A stretch of 64,000 bases of DNA from Octopus sinensis (Eukaryota), in assembly GCF_006345805.1 (NCBI RefSeq), contig NC_042999.1, forward strand, positions 118,048,001 through 118,112,000, read 5' to 3'. Below are positions 1-12,960 of the stretch, piece by piece. Below the pieces are notes generated by a model. The model was not told the DNA's origin, did not search any database, and worked only from the letters and a program-made list of their open reading frames with translations. Both the position numbers and the translations under genes were made by a program. Numbering within the stretch: the first letter of the stretch is position 1; the number at the start of each line of letters is the position of its first letter.

Positions 1-270
1 GTTGAGCGAGAGATGAACAAAACGCCTTTTAACACCAACGATAAACTGAAGATAAACTTAAACAAGGAGACTGTCCAGAAGACTTGCAGGAGATTCCGAA
101 GGCGTCTGGAGGCCGTCATTGAAGTCAATGGCGATTTTATTGAATAAATTCATTCTTTAGTATTTCGAGATATTTGTATTTAATTTTGGTAAATATATCT
201 GTTATAATGAGATGCCAGTGTTATTTTCAATTCTTCGTAATTTAGCCGATAGTTTATTCACCGCACCCTG
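1..270 (+). mobile_element. Tc1/mariner DNA transposon, 3' end (transposase C-terminus and right TIR)
   Basis: Frame 1 from base 1 reads VEREMNKTPFNTNDKLKINLNKETVQKTCRRFRRRLEAVIEVNGDFIE* (stop 145-147), matching the Tc1/mariner C-terminal R-L-x-A-V-I-x-x-x-G-x-x-I-E motif. The element ends ...CACCGCACCCTG followed by TA. Confidence 0.85.
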
Positions 271-286
271 TATATAAATATATATA

Positions 287-550
287 CATGTATGTATGTA
301 TGTATGTATGTATGTATGTATGTATGTATGTATGTATGTATGTATGTATGTATGTATGTATGCATGCATGCATGCATGTATGTATGTATGTATGTATGTA
401 TGTATGTATGTATGTATGTATGTATGTATGCATGTATGTATGAATGAATGTATGTATGTATGTATGCACGTACGTATGTATGTATATATGCGTATGTATG
501 TATGTGTGTATGTATATCTATGTGCGTATGCACGAATATATATATATATA
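287..550. repeat. (ATGT)n/(TA)n compound microsatellite
   Basis: Direct reading; source of the overlapping low-complexity ORFs at 202-628. Confidence 0.97.
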
Positions 551-647
551 TATAAAATATTATTAGAGACAAAACCACTATTTTGCAAAACAAACAAGGA
601 AAGACTTAATCAATACATAAAATTTTAATAAATAGTCAAAAAAACCG

Positions 648-690
648 CCACTACAATCGTTTCTTGTCTTGATCGACAATCTTCAGGTGG
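648..690 (-). ncRNA. Type I hammerhead ribozyme motif (mirror copy in the left arm)
   Basis: Exact reverse complement of 739-781. Confidence 0.85.
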
Positions 691-738
691 ACTTCCAATA
701 AGTCAGTTTCAAAAATTTGAAACTGACTTATTGGAAGT

Positions 739-781
739 CCACCTGAAGATTGTCGATCAAGACAAGAAACGATTGTAGTGG
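739..781 (+). ncRNA. Type I hammerhead ribozyme motif
   Basis: Helix I CCAC/GTGG; core CTGAAGA (743-749); helix II TTGTC-gatcaa-GACAA; GAAA (766-769); near-palindromic helix III CGATTG; GTA cleavage triplet (cut after 777). Confidence 0.85.
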
Positions 782-997
782 CGGTTTTTTTGACTATTTA
801 TTAAAATTTTATGTATTGATTAAGTCTTTCCTTGTTTGTTTTGCAAAATAGTGGTTTTGTCTCTAATAATATTTTATAATATTTTACTATAAAATTGGAT
901 TTAATCCTATATCTGATTTTTTTCCCTGTAAATTTGGATTTATTCCCTAATATTTATTATTATATATATTATATATATATATTATATATATATATAT

Positions 998-1047
<50 letters not shown>

Positions 1048-1049
<2 letters not shown>

Positions 1050-1160
1050 TAGCAGAAATACCGGTACTGCCCGGTTTAAGGGAAATTATGAAAATTTTAA
1101 AATGCCTTTTAGATCTCTAACTAGCATGAAAAGTAGACGACACAGGTCTCACCTCCTAAT
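1048..1160 (+). mobile_element. Possible Helitron-type non-autonomous element 5' end
   Basis: ACTAGCAG...CCGG...GCCCGG...TAAGGGAAAT resembles the start of the element at 45635. Confidence 0.35.
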
Positions 1161-1344
1161 AGCTGAGATACATATACACAGGAATGCATATTAATACATG
1201 TATACTTAACGTACACATTAACACACACTTATATACGAACGTACATACATATATACATACACACACATGTACATGCATACATACAAAATACATATATATA
1301 TATATATATGTAGGCATGAAACCATCTAAGTATGTATGTATAGA

Positions 1345-1345
1345 T

Positions 1346-1420
<75 letters not shown>

Positions 1421-1535
1421 TATGTATGTGTGTGTGCAGATAGATATCGATATATATATTTAGAGAGAGATACATACATAGATAGGCAGATAGGTAGATA
1501 GATAGATAGATAGATAGATAGATTGATAGATAGAT

Positions 1536-1629
<94 letters not shown>

Positions 1630-1640
1630 AGGGATAGATA
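1345..1640. repeat. (TA)n(GA)n and (GATA)n microsatellites
   Basis: Direct reading. Confidence 0.97.
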
Positions 1641-1654
1641 GATAATGCACAAAT

Positions 1655-2210
1655 ATTTTATTTTTAATCCGTAGAAGTTACGAGGTAATTAAGCAATTCA
1701 ACGCCCGTAAGTTCCATGCATGCGTGTTATATACCCATACATATGTACATATATACCTACACACACACACATACATATACACACATATACCTTTAGAAAT
1801 TATTTTTTATTAGAAATCGTCACAACTGTAATGATGTATACATACATCTGTTTGCACACACATACAGAAGTACATATATACATATGCACACACAAGTATA
1901 TACGTTGTATTTTTATTCTGTAGAAGTTACGAAGCAATTAAGCAACTCAACGCCCGTAAGTTCTATGCATTCGTTTTATATACACATATATAAGTATATA
2001 TATATATATTTACACACATATATACCTTTAGAAGTTCTTCTTTATCAGAAATCGTCCTAAATGTAATAATGTATATATACGTGTGTATGTGCACACATAC
2101 ATAAGTACATAAATACATATACACACACATATATACATTTAAAACTCTTCTTTTTATCAGAAATCGTCACGACTCTAATGATGTATACATACGTGTGTGT
2201 GTGTAAATAA
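1655..2210 (+). repeat. Local tandem duplication, about 250 bp unit (two copies and a partial third)
   Basis: GTAGAAGTTACGA..CAATT/CTCAACGCCCGTAAGTTC occurs near 1671 and 1920; AGAAATCGTC occurs near 1812, 2048 and 2160. Confidence 0.85.
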
Positions 2211-2285
2211 CTGGTTACTTAGTTACTACGTCAGAATGCGAGACACAGGAAGTTGACATTCACAAAACGGCTTGAAGAAATGAAT

Positions 2286-2367
<82 letters not shown>

Positions 2368-2935
2368 TGTGTGTGTGAGTGTGTGTGCGTGTATATATAT
2401 ATATATATATACATATATATACATATATATATATACATGCATATACACACACACACACACATATATATATATTAGTGACAGAAGCCCTCTTTGTTACAAT
2501 TATTAATTATAGCACATCAAACCTGACTTTGATGTGTCGCTTATAACGCCTCGGACTGTGGTAAACGACCCGAGAAATCATCTCATGTAGACAACAATTG
2601 CTATGAAGGCCAGATTATATCGGTTGGCGATATTTCGAAAACACGAGTGTGGGAGGTACTGTTATATCACGTGAATATTACCGTATTACGGATCGTTATC
2701 AACTTTCAGGTGAACACCGAACGCCAGACCGAAAGTCAGCCAAGCAAATATATATTTTAGCACCGGCTAAACAACCAATGTTGTCGCGAAAAGTCCGTCG
2801 TGTACGCACACGCACACTCACACACACATACATTTACACGTCTACACACACACATATATCGGTTTAAATGTAATGACAAGTAAGCTAAGCAAGTCAATTT
2901 ACATGGAATATTAAATACATTTAATAGAAAAAATG

Positions 2936-3245
2936 TGAAGGTGCAATGGCCCAGTGGTTAGGACAGTCGACTCGCGGTCGGAGGATCGCGGTTTCGATTC
3001 CCATACCGGGCGTTGTTTGCTTTTATTGGGCGAAAACACCTAAAAGCTCCACGAGGCTCCAGCAGGGGTCGGTGGTGACCCCTTTTATACTCTTTCGCCA
3101 TAACTTTCTCTCACCCTCTCTTCTTGTTTCTTGAGTAACGCTGCGATGGACTGGCGTCCCATCCAGATGGGTAAGGGGACACATACGTCACAGAAACCGG
3201 GAAACTGGGCCCATTAGCCTTGCTAGGCTTGAAAAGGGCGACGAG
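2936..3245 (+). mobile_element. tRNA-derived SINE
   Basis: A box TGGCCCAGTGG and B box GGTTTCGATTCC, followed by a body with GATGGACTGGCGTCCCATCCAG. Confidence 0.8.
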
Positions 3246-3247
3246 AA

Positions 3248-3640
3248 AAATGTAGATATGTATGGATATAAAATAGTCCGATTTACAGAATATAAGTGCT
3301 ATTAAGATTTAAATGGATAAAGTTTTACGGGTCCAGTAGCTGTTTCTGGGGTTCGGAACAATGATAGTTACTTGGATCCATTATCGGATAACACCCTCTC
3401 CGTCTTCAGGAGAGAATTTTACATTGAAGAATTTTGCATTTCAGGTGTTCTCCAATGTAAAATTCTCCCCTGAAGACGGAGGCAGTGTTATCCGATAATG
3501 GATTCAAGCAACTATCATTATTTCGGAATACCAAACCCCCAGAAACAGCTGTTGAGCGTGTAAAACTCTGTCCATTTAACTCCTGATATCATTTATATTC
3601 TGTAAATTGGATTATTTTATATCCATTAACATGTACATTT
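3248..3640. mobile_element. Diverged fold-back PLE-type element with relic hammerhead cores
   Basis: Imperfect inverted arms centred near 3440. CTGAAGA at 3470-3476 with GAAACAGCTGTT at 3542-3553, mirrored on the minus strand at about 3330-3414. Confidence 0.6.
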
Positions 3641-3766
3641 CTTTCTATTAAATGTATTTAATATTCTATGTATATCAACTTGCCTAAATTGCTTCTCATT
3701 ACGTTTACACTTCTACCGGCTCAAGTTCAAATCTCTGGAGCACTTCGAAATGTATTCTATGTGGAG

Positions 3767-3854
3767 AACACCTGTCTCTAACCTATAAACGATATATATA
3801 CAATACATGCATACATACATACATATATGTATGCATATATACACACATACGTAC

Positions 3855-3887
<33 letters not shown>

Positions 3888-3956
3888 TATGTATGTTTGT
3901 ATATTTGGTATATATATATATATATATATATCGTTTATAGGTTAGAGACAGGTGTT
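3767..3956. repeat. 34 bp inverted repeat enclosing a TA/CATA microsatellite
   Basis: AACACCTGTCTCTAACCTATAAACGATATATATA (3767-3800) and its exact reverse complement (3923-3956). Confidence 0.9.
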
Positions 3957-5722
3957 ATTTACATAGGATACATTTCGAAGTGATCAAGAGATTTGAACTT
4001 AAGCCGGTAGAAGTGTAAATGTAATGACAAGCAATGACAAGCCAGTCGGTGTTCGTGCACCATCACCTCAATACTCAGGATATTAGCTTTCCTCAGGACC
4101 TGTGTATCTGGAGTTTTTAAGGTCCAGTCAACATTCAGAATGTACGTACATACATGCGTGTGTGCGTCCACTCATGTGGTGTAAAAGTAATGTAAATTGT
4201 AGTTAGTTATGTCGATAGAATATACGTGAAGTTACCATGTGGTTTATAGTTCGTATCGTATCAACAATGCAGACGTGTTCTTAGACTAGAAAACATATTC
4301 AAAATTTCCGGAGTCATTTACTAGTAAAAACAGTATGTGTAGTCACAACTATGCTACCGAATATATTAGCAGCTTGAGCACTGTATTGCCAACATACCTG
4401 GTAGCGTTGAGTTCAACTCCTAACCTACATGCAAAGTAGTTGATTTATATTATATGTTGTGCATCTGATAGGTTGTTATTTTCTTGATACGACAGAGACA
4501 ATAAAAGTCTTGAATATATGCTCTATGATCTTATGTACTTTTGAGTCAAACACTCTCCTATATACAAAAGCACATGTGCACACGCCTAAACACATTTACA
4601 CATAATATGCATACATTAATTCTAACAGTTACACACTTACGTATATATATACACTACCTCGTGACCTCTCTTGGAAATAGAACGCGTAAAATGCTGCAGA
4701 CATATATACATGTTTACATATATCTAAGCATACATCAATACATACATATATACATACATACATGCGCGTGTAACATATACAGTTAAACAAATGCAGATAT
4801 ATATGTATATATATACACACACGCACATATATATACACACATATATATATATATATACATGTATAGATATACATATATACATATACACACAAATATGTGT
4901 GTATATATAAATGTACACATAAATATGTGTATATATACATATACATATATAAATATATGTACATAAATATACCCATACATAGAATTATTCATTCATACAT
5001 ACATACATACTTACGTACATACATATATCCATCATACATACATACATACATACATACATACATACATACATACATACATACATACATGCATACAACATAC
5101 ATACATACCAACATACATACATACATACAGGAACCACAATTAGCATTATCTTCTAAAACATTATAATTGCCATATTGAAACAGTTTGTCGCAATATTTGT
5201 ATTCATGCATGAAATTTGTAATTGTGATCAATTCTATTTACATCTATTTCCCTATCAAACCTTGTTTCGCATAGAAATATTTTCTTTTATCATACCATTA
5301 AAGAAAGAAAACATAATATAATGGCGTATTAAAACTGTAATGAACGTAGAGGAAGAGAGGCAAGAAGCGGAGAAAAAGTAAGAAGCCTTTCGTCACGTAA
5401 CAGTTCTTGCTGCATAATTGGACTTTCGTTTTGATTTTGTTGTTTTGTAATATACTATTAATGTAGAGAGGTCCCACCATTACCGATATAATGGCACACC
5501 TCTAATATGTTGCTATGTCTGTGTGATTGTATGAGGGAGGGTGACGGCGCTGATAATGAGAAGAGGTAAAAAAGAAGGAAGCGGTAGAGGAAGAGGAGTG
5601 GCGGTAAGGGTAGCGCTTACAATGATACAGACAATAATGACGATTGCGGGCGTGCTGTTGGTTGTACTGACATAGAGAACGACCACCACGACAACGCTGG
5701 TGACGATAATGAAAAAAATTGC

Positions 5723-5759
<37 letters not shown>

Positions 5760-7224
5760 GTGGTGATCTTGATTATGTTGAGAAGAGGGAGAAGGAAGAA
5801 GAGAAAGAAGAAAATACTGATGAAATGATAGCCAAGATGGCGGTTATCATGCATTTATATCACATAAAAATTCTTTCTTTAGAATTTGATGCTCAAAGAA
5901 AGAAATGATTACAAAACATGGTGTCACCATGTATAAACGGCAATGCATTACGAAATCGACCCCTGCTAATACAGATGTTCCTTTCGTTAGTTCTTTTCAC
6001 TTAGATATTTTCATTTACCGTTAAATGAAAACATTTTTTTTCATTCTGTGCGGGAAACACGTACAGTTAAATGTTAGCTGCTGGCTTCCATTGACAGATT
6101 AATTCCGATTTCTAGAATTATATCGTTGATGGCTATGAAAATTATATATTATGAGTTACATAATCTTTTTTAATCATGTCCCCTCTCCGTAAAAGAAAAA
6201 AATACAAGCCCTCTCGCCATTACCGATACTATAAATTGTAGCAAGATAAAATAAAATTCAGATCTTTTCCAATATTATAGAAACTTTTATTGTATTCTTT
6301 TAGCCTTATATCAGTTATCAGTCTGCATGTAAACTCATGACAAAAGGTGTTTCAACTATTTCTTTATTCGAATGTAGTATATCCAAGAATATGTCATCAG
6401 TGACTACCTTTGTAAAGAATATGGGTTGTGATTAAGTAGATATTTAACTTCTATTTCCTGCATGCGTTTGGTAGTTGCAGCGAAGTTGTTGCTCAGGATG
6501 AAGGTGGTGGGGTGAGGTTGAGGAGGGTAAATTGCACGTGCACGAAAAGATGATGAATTATTATAAATCGTTTAAACAAATCAATCTTGCCCTAATGAGG
6601 TATTGTCTCATATAAATGTTCGGTATTAAATAATTCACAAACACAACCAGTTTCTGGCGCACTGTTTCTTGTTTATATATTCAATCAAAAACGACTTATG
6701 TTCCTTGGAGATTGTTGATCTTGCACTTTCTTTACTCAAATACTCCTGACCAACTCGTCTCTCCCCCCCTCGTCTTCTTGCTGTGCCCAAAACCTCTGGC
6801 TCTGCTCTAAAACATATATCCAGTCTTTCGTAATATTCAGGAGTACATCTGCTTTCTGAAATTTCATCCTCGTTCATATCTTTCTCGTATGTTTTGACCT
6901 GCAACACTTTAGAACATTAACGGCATCAAGCTCGTCGATTTCGAAACAATACCCCTTCCTTTAGACTCAGCAAATAAAAGAATAATAGATTTTTTTCGCC
7001 GTGTTTTCCAGAATGAAAAAAATGCTAGTCAATATGTTGTACTAATTGGTAAAATAAGAGTAGAGCAAATAGTTGTAATGTATGAAGTAACCATATCGAT
7101 AAAGTATAATGCAATATAAAAAAAGTCCAATAAATGTCGAAATGACAATATACTCAAAATATGGTTTAAAAAAGTGGGGGAAACATTTAGGTATATACAA
7201 GATAAACTTTAATTCAACAAAGAA

Positions 7225-7257
<33 letters not shown>

Positions 7258-7797
7258 GCGTGCGTTTTAGAGAAAGCTTAATCGGTGTTTTGAAATGGCA
7301 TTTCTGTTACTGAAGGAAATTATTAGAGAATACTAAAAAAAAGGTGGTTTTGTAAGGTTGGTTAATGCTGATCTGCTTTAATACAATGTCGATACAAAAT
7401 TATTTTATTTTGAAAAAGAGATAAAGTTAATTTATAAACGTGTATTTGAAAGGTTTACTTATTTTTTAAATTGAGAAGTCGAAAGATCGGTGTCATAATA
7501 AATGTTAAAAGAATATAACGTATATATTAATTTATAATAAGGTTTATATTGATAGCAATGTATTCGTTAATTTTTCAAATGATTTAAGGTGATTCTTTCA
7601 CTTTATCTAAATCCTATAGTAATAATGCATTGTTACTTTAAGTAATAATTATTTATCGTGAAAATAATAACTAAGCAAATGTAAAATGAAATGAAAATAT
7701 ATTAATAAGAATTACGATAGTGACAAAAGTATAGGTATGTTCCCAATAATGTTTTTATTTTTGGTATTTTTTTTTTTGCTGATTTCGAAATATTATA

Positions 7798-8150
7798 TTA
7801 GGTTGTTCGGAAAATAATGATCAATTTTAAAAATACGCCTATATTCTTGAAAAATCGAACTTATAAATATTCAAAATATGATCCCTGAACATCTATACAT
7901 TTCTCCCATCAATTAACAAGGTCCTTTATGCCTCTTCGATAAAAATCCAAAGGTTTTGTTGCCAAGAAATCCTTGAATTCAGTTTCGATCTCAGGGTTGG
8001 AACGGAACGTTTTTTGCCTAAAAAAGGGTGTAGGTGCTTGAAAAGTAGTAGCCAATGAGTAGTGAAAGATCAGGAGAATATGGAGGATGTGACAAAATCT
8101 CGTATTTAAGGATCAAATATGGCTCAGTGTGATATATCATTTGCTTTAAA
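7798..8150 (-). mobile_element. mariner transposon 3' fragment
   Basis: Minus strand reads ILSHPPYSPDL and DFYRRGIKDLVN*WEKCIDVQGSYF. A TIR-like TTAGGTTG follows TA at 7796-7797. Confidence 0.85.
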
Positions 8151-10965
8151 CTTGTTTCTAAGTTACTGTGTGTGCGTATGTATTTGTGCTAAGAACAACT
8201 TTTTGGACAACTAAACAGTTGAAATTACGATTGAATGGGTGTTTACATGATCCTATGAAATGCTTTTGGGAGGCTTTATAATTTTCAAATGGACAAGTAC
8301 TGGTATTGACACGTGAACAGAGCGTTTTGAAAGTTAAGACCATTTAGTGGGGACAAAACTTTATTTCGATGTACATAACTAGTGATGGGGGGAAATTGTT
8401 CACGCAATGTAGTTAAACCATACATTACATGTATATCGCTAATTTCTGCTGAAGCTTTTAATCCCATTCTAATGTTAAAGAGCGCAGTAGTTTAGTTCTT
8501 AATCCAAAGTACAGGTCACATGAAAAATAGTAACGAATAAGCTTTCTAGTCAGTAATTAATATCAATGCCAGTGATATTGATAAAAGTGGTTAATTTAGT
8601 GTTGCTACAAGCAGCAGCAAAATTAGATACAGTAATTGTACAGTGATAACCATTTATATCAAATGAAAGGGAATAGCGGAATAGAGTTTAGCTTGACAAA
8701 AAATTGAATAACTACAAATTTGAATTACTCCATAATATCCACCTTTATTAATGATATTCAAATCTGTTTCGTATATGCGATAAAGGACTGGTTGTTAAAA
8801 CGTTCTATGATCCTTATTCGTACACTATAGTTATCTATTATGTCTAGTTTTGAAGCAGTATTGCACTGACATTGTTTTTAAAGAGGATGTATAATGAATG
8901 TTTTTTCTTAATTTGATACTATTAATTATTATGAATAGATCGCCGATGAATGATGACAATAAATTATTAAGTGCGAGAAATTTTAATGTTTGTAAACCAC
9001 AGTTGCTCTGTTGTAAACGCTAAGCAATTATTTTTAAATTGTAAATTTTACTTTTTGATGAATTGGATAAAACTTTCGGTTTTCTACCTATTATTAATAT
9101 TTTGCTACTATCGAATGTATTACATCGCTTCTCGGCCTTTTGGCTAAGTAGTATTATAGAATGTGATACAATGTAAATGTGGAGCGTATTTATTAATAGA
9201 GACACTTCCTTGCTTCTCATTTATATAAAAACAATAACGTTAATAATGTAAGAAATTGAATATGTGAAGTAGAGTTAGATATTAATTTCTTAAAACAGTG
9301 TAAGTTCCTTCCAAGTTATGTCAAAGTATTTCTTGTTTGTGTTAGCAGAGACGCTAGTCAAAATGCACAAAATTTAAGCAATAGAAATAATTAAAATGAG
9401 TACTTAAAGTAATACATTAATATATGTAATGAATGGAGCAACATTAACGGTAAATGATAGTGAAAACACAGTAGACATGACCGATGTGATCCTTGGGCAT
9501 TATCTAGAGTAAAAGGGAAATTAAATTGATGCAAATCAAATATTAAAGTGGTTTTATGTAATATATGTATGAACATGAGTGTATGCACATGCACATTTGA
9601 TGACGTTTAGTATGTGTGTGATTATATGACATGTTCTAACGGTTTGTAAACTTAAAATTGAGAGTTCTTGAATTTGAAGAATGTTAGGAAAGAAAATATT
9701 GGTCTGAACTCAGAAAAAGTAGTGTTATGGAATTAATATTGGTCTATTTTAAAGTAATGCCGATAGAAAACATCATTATTTTAACATAAAATAAATGCTG
9801 GTTGTAAGCATTTATTGCTATGATGGAAATCTTGCCTTGTTTTTTAAAAAACAGACTTGATATTTAATATTATGGAAGTTATAAGAGATAGAGACATAAA
9901 AGAATGTTCTTCAAATTTAGATGGGTAACATCGTTCAGTGTATTTCAGTTTACTCGAAACTTTAAATATATTATGAAATATAGAAAAAAAACAAAGAGCA
10001 ATAAACCTTATTAGGAGAAATGAAAATGTTGCTTTCATTTAAATCTGAACAGAAGATAAAAAAAATTCATGGTATTCACAATCGTTGTACAATATCATAA
10101 GGCATTTTCAAAATAATACCAACCGTATTTGTAAATCAAATTAGAAATTTTCTTTTAGCTGAGCTATCACACATTTTGTAACAATGGGAAAATTGAAACT
10201 TGTGTGATTAACATGTGTGTCAGTAACAAACGGAACTGAAAATTGGCGAAAACAAATGAAGATTTATGGAAACCGAAATTGAGAACAGAATATTGTGTTC
10301 AGTAATAGTTGATTCTTTGGAGAAAGTAGAGAAGGTAATGCGGCAGGATTAATATTGATCTAATTAAACCTATATGTGAATAGGAAATTATTTTATTTCA
10401 CCGACTTACATTCTCGATGTAATATTCATTAAAAAATATGCTGTGTATTTTTCAAAACAAATCTACGAATTTTTAAAACGGTAAATAATAAATCGTATGA
10501 AATAAGTAATGTAAATTTATTTATGAGCAATTATCTGCAAACTGGGTATTTTTCAAATGATTCAGAAATTGAATTCTTTAAGAAATATATGTACAAACAA
10601 CTTGGAAAATATTTACTTCATGAAAAATTAAAATTTTCTTTATCTATATGTAAATATAATGGCGAAAGCAACTATTCTAAAGATTGAGTGCTATTAGTAT
10701 TTCGGTAACATCTATTATTACACGTAGTAGGGAACCCATTATGAGAAATATCAAAAAGAACCAGTACAGATTTAGTTTCAATTGGAAGGTTAAATATTTC
10801 GTAACATTAGAAGACTTGGTAACCGCTGCAACTAGAGAACACCTGGATAACACTTTGATCCTAAAAATATCCGTCGCAAGGAAGGAAATAAATAAATAAG
10901 AGGTGATAAAAAGATGCTGGAGTATATGTATATGTGTATGTATGCATATATACACACACATCTAT

Positions 10966-11021
<56 letters not shown>

Positions 11022-11074
11022 CAGACACACAGATACGCATACACGCACAAACATAACACACACACACACATATT

Positions 11075-11197
11075 ATAGGCGCAGGTTCCGGTTTCAGTCT
11101 CACTGCGTGGCGCCTTGGGCAAGTATCTTCTACTGTAGCCTCGGGCCGACCAAAGCCTTGTGAGTGGATTTGGTAGACGGAAGCTGAAAGAAGTCGT

Positions 11198-11281
<84 letters not shown>

Positions 11282-11509
11282 TGTGTGCGTGCGTGTGTGT
11301 GTATGCATGCATGTACGCGTATATGTTTGAGTGTCTGTGCTTGTCCCCCCCACATCACTTGACAACCGCTGCTTGTGTGTTTACGTCCCTGTAACTTAGG
11401 GGTTCGGCAAAAGACACCGATAGAATAAGTACTAGGCTTACAAAGAATTAAGTGCTGGGGTCGATATGTTCAACTAAAGGCTCGAGCATGGCCGCAGTCA
11501 AATGACTGA

Positions 11510-11510
<1 letters not shown>
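11075..11510 (+). mobile_element. Bipartite SINE with internal (TA)n(TG)n microsatellite
   Basis: 5' part CCTTGGGCAAGTATCTTCTACTGTAGCCTCGGGCCGACCAAAGCCTTGTGAGTGGATTTGG; 3' part GTTTACGTCCC...GGCCGCAGTCAAATGACTGAA. Related copies occur at 53150, 62905 and 63935. Confidence 0.85.
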
Positions 11511-11541
<31 letters not shown>

Positions 11542-11925
11542 TGATACCATCAATTTTAAATTTTATCCACAGAAGATATTAACAATAGTGACATCTTATT
11601 TCAAATCTTAGTGTTTGAATGTTTTGTTTAAATATATATATATATACATATGACGGTCTTCCTTCAGTAGTGGAAGACGTTCGTCCAAGGTGCGTCGCAG
11701 AGGGACTGAACTTACAACCCTGTAATTGCGAAGTAAAGTTCTTAACACACAATCACTTCTCTGTCAAGTTGTATAAAACAAGTTGGCTTTGCACTGAAGG
11801 TTTATTCAATACCTCTTTGAAGAGTACATATTAACCCTTCCAAGGAAAAGCTTTACAGTTTATGTTTATTCGTCTTCATCAGACTAATGAAGCTGACTAG
11901 GCCAAAAATTTTGAATTCTATATCA

Positions 11926-12017
<92 letters not shown>

Positions 12018-12960
12018 TATGTGTGTGTGTGTGCGTGTATATATAAATATTTTATATATATTATATATAATATAATAAGATCAGCATCAGAGACAACATG
12101 AATGTTTTCATCTTATATAATTATACCTCTCAATTATACATGCAATTGAATCATAATTTTGATTATGTGAACAAAAGCTAAATAACTCAGGTGTCTCTTT
12201 AAACAACGTTGGCAAGTACAAATATTATTTAAATTGATATGTCTCTTTCTAAACCATAATTCATTATTAAAATAAGGTAGTGCTTAATAAAAGAATCTAA
12301 AACAAAATGGAAGTAAAATATCAAATCATCCAACGTCATAGACAAAATGATTGTTACTTAAAAATGCAACGTATACACTTATCTATCAAAAATTTACATA
12401 TACGGAAAAACACAGTTGAGAAAACATGAAAATCATAAGCTTTTCAAATTTAAAAATATTTTCCTCAGATAATTCATTACAATTTTCGGAAGAAGATGAT
12501 TTATTATCCAGAAGAAATATCCATCTTTTTCAATAAGGAACTTTGGAATAAGATTAAATTGTAAAATACATTCAAAATCTTTGTGAGATGAAAAAGACTT
12601 ATTACAAAACTCTCTGCATTTCAATTTGAAAATATATATGCGTCTGTACACACATACACACACACACATATGTACACATATATGCACACACGCCACATTC
12701 ACAAAACAAACAACGCACTCTAAAATGATATAATGATATAAATAATACTGCTAAAAATACTGCTACACAACTAGATAAGGAGGATAAAGCTGAAACGCAG
12801 TCACTTTTCTTCACAATTAAAGATCATAAATCAGCTTCGAATTATTAATCAATCCAAAACAGATACCGGTATTAATATTAAAATATATATTGCATTCTAA
12901 ATCCTTTTTAATTCTATGGTGTAAATTAGCTACAAACGTTCAATACTATCCAAGATAAAG

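Larger units (their letters stand above)
551..960 (+). mobile_element. Non-autonomous Penelope-like terminal-repeat element with inverted 5' duplication (fold-back), flanked by (TA)n
   Basis: 551-713 is the exact reverse complement of 716-878 (163 bp arms, 2 nt spacer). The forward copy carries a hammerhead motif and a T-rich tail continuing to about 960. TA tracts lie on both sides. Confidence 0.75.

Noticed and set aside
1655-2210. CRISPR-like repeat/spacer look
   Set aside because: Eukaryotic context, microsatellite spacers, irregular period and no cas genes.
2946-3010. tRNA-like A/B boxes here and at 26930, 36861 and 61465
   Set aside because: No full cloverleaf, and each is followed by a repeated SINE body, so these are SINE heads rather than tRNA genes.
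5513-5854. 113 aa hydrophobic ORF resembling a membrane protein
   Set aside because: Antisense of degenerate (GAT)n/(GAA)n purine-rich repeats.
6340-6410. Minus-strand CTGATGA
   Set aside because: No properly placed GAAA or closing helices.
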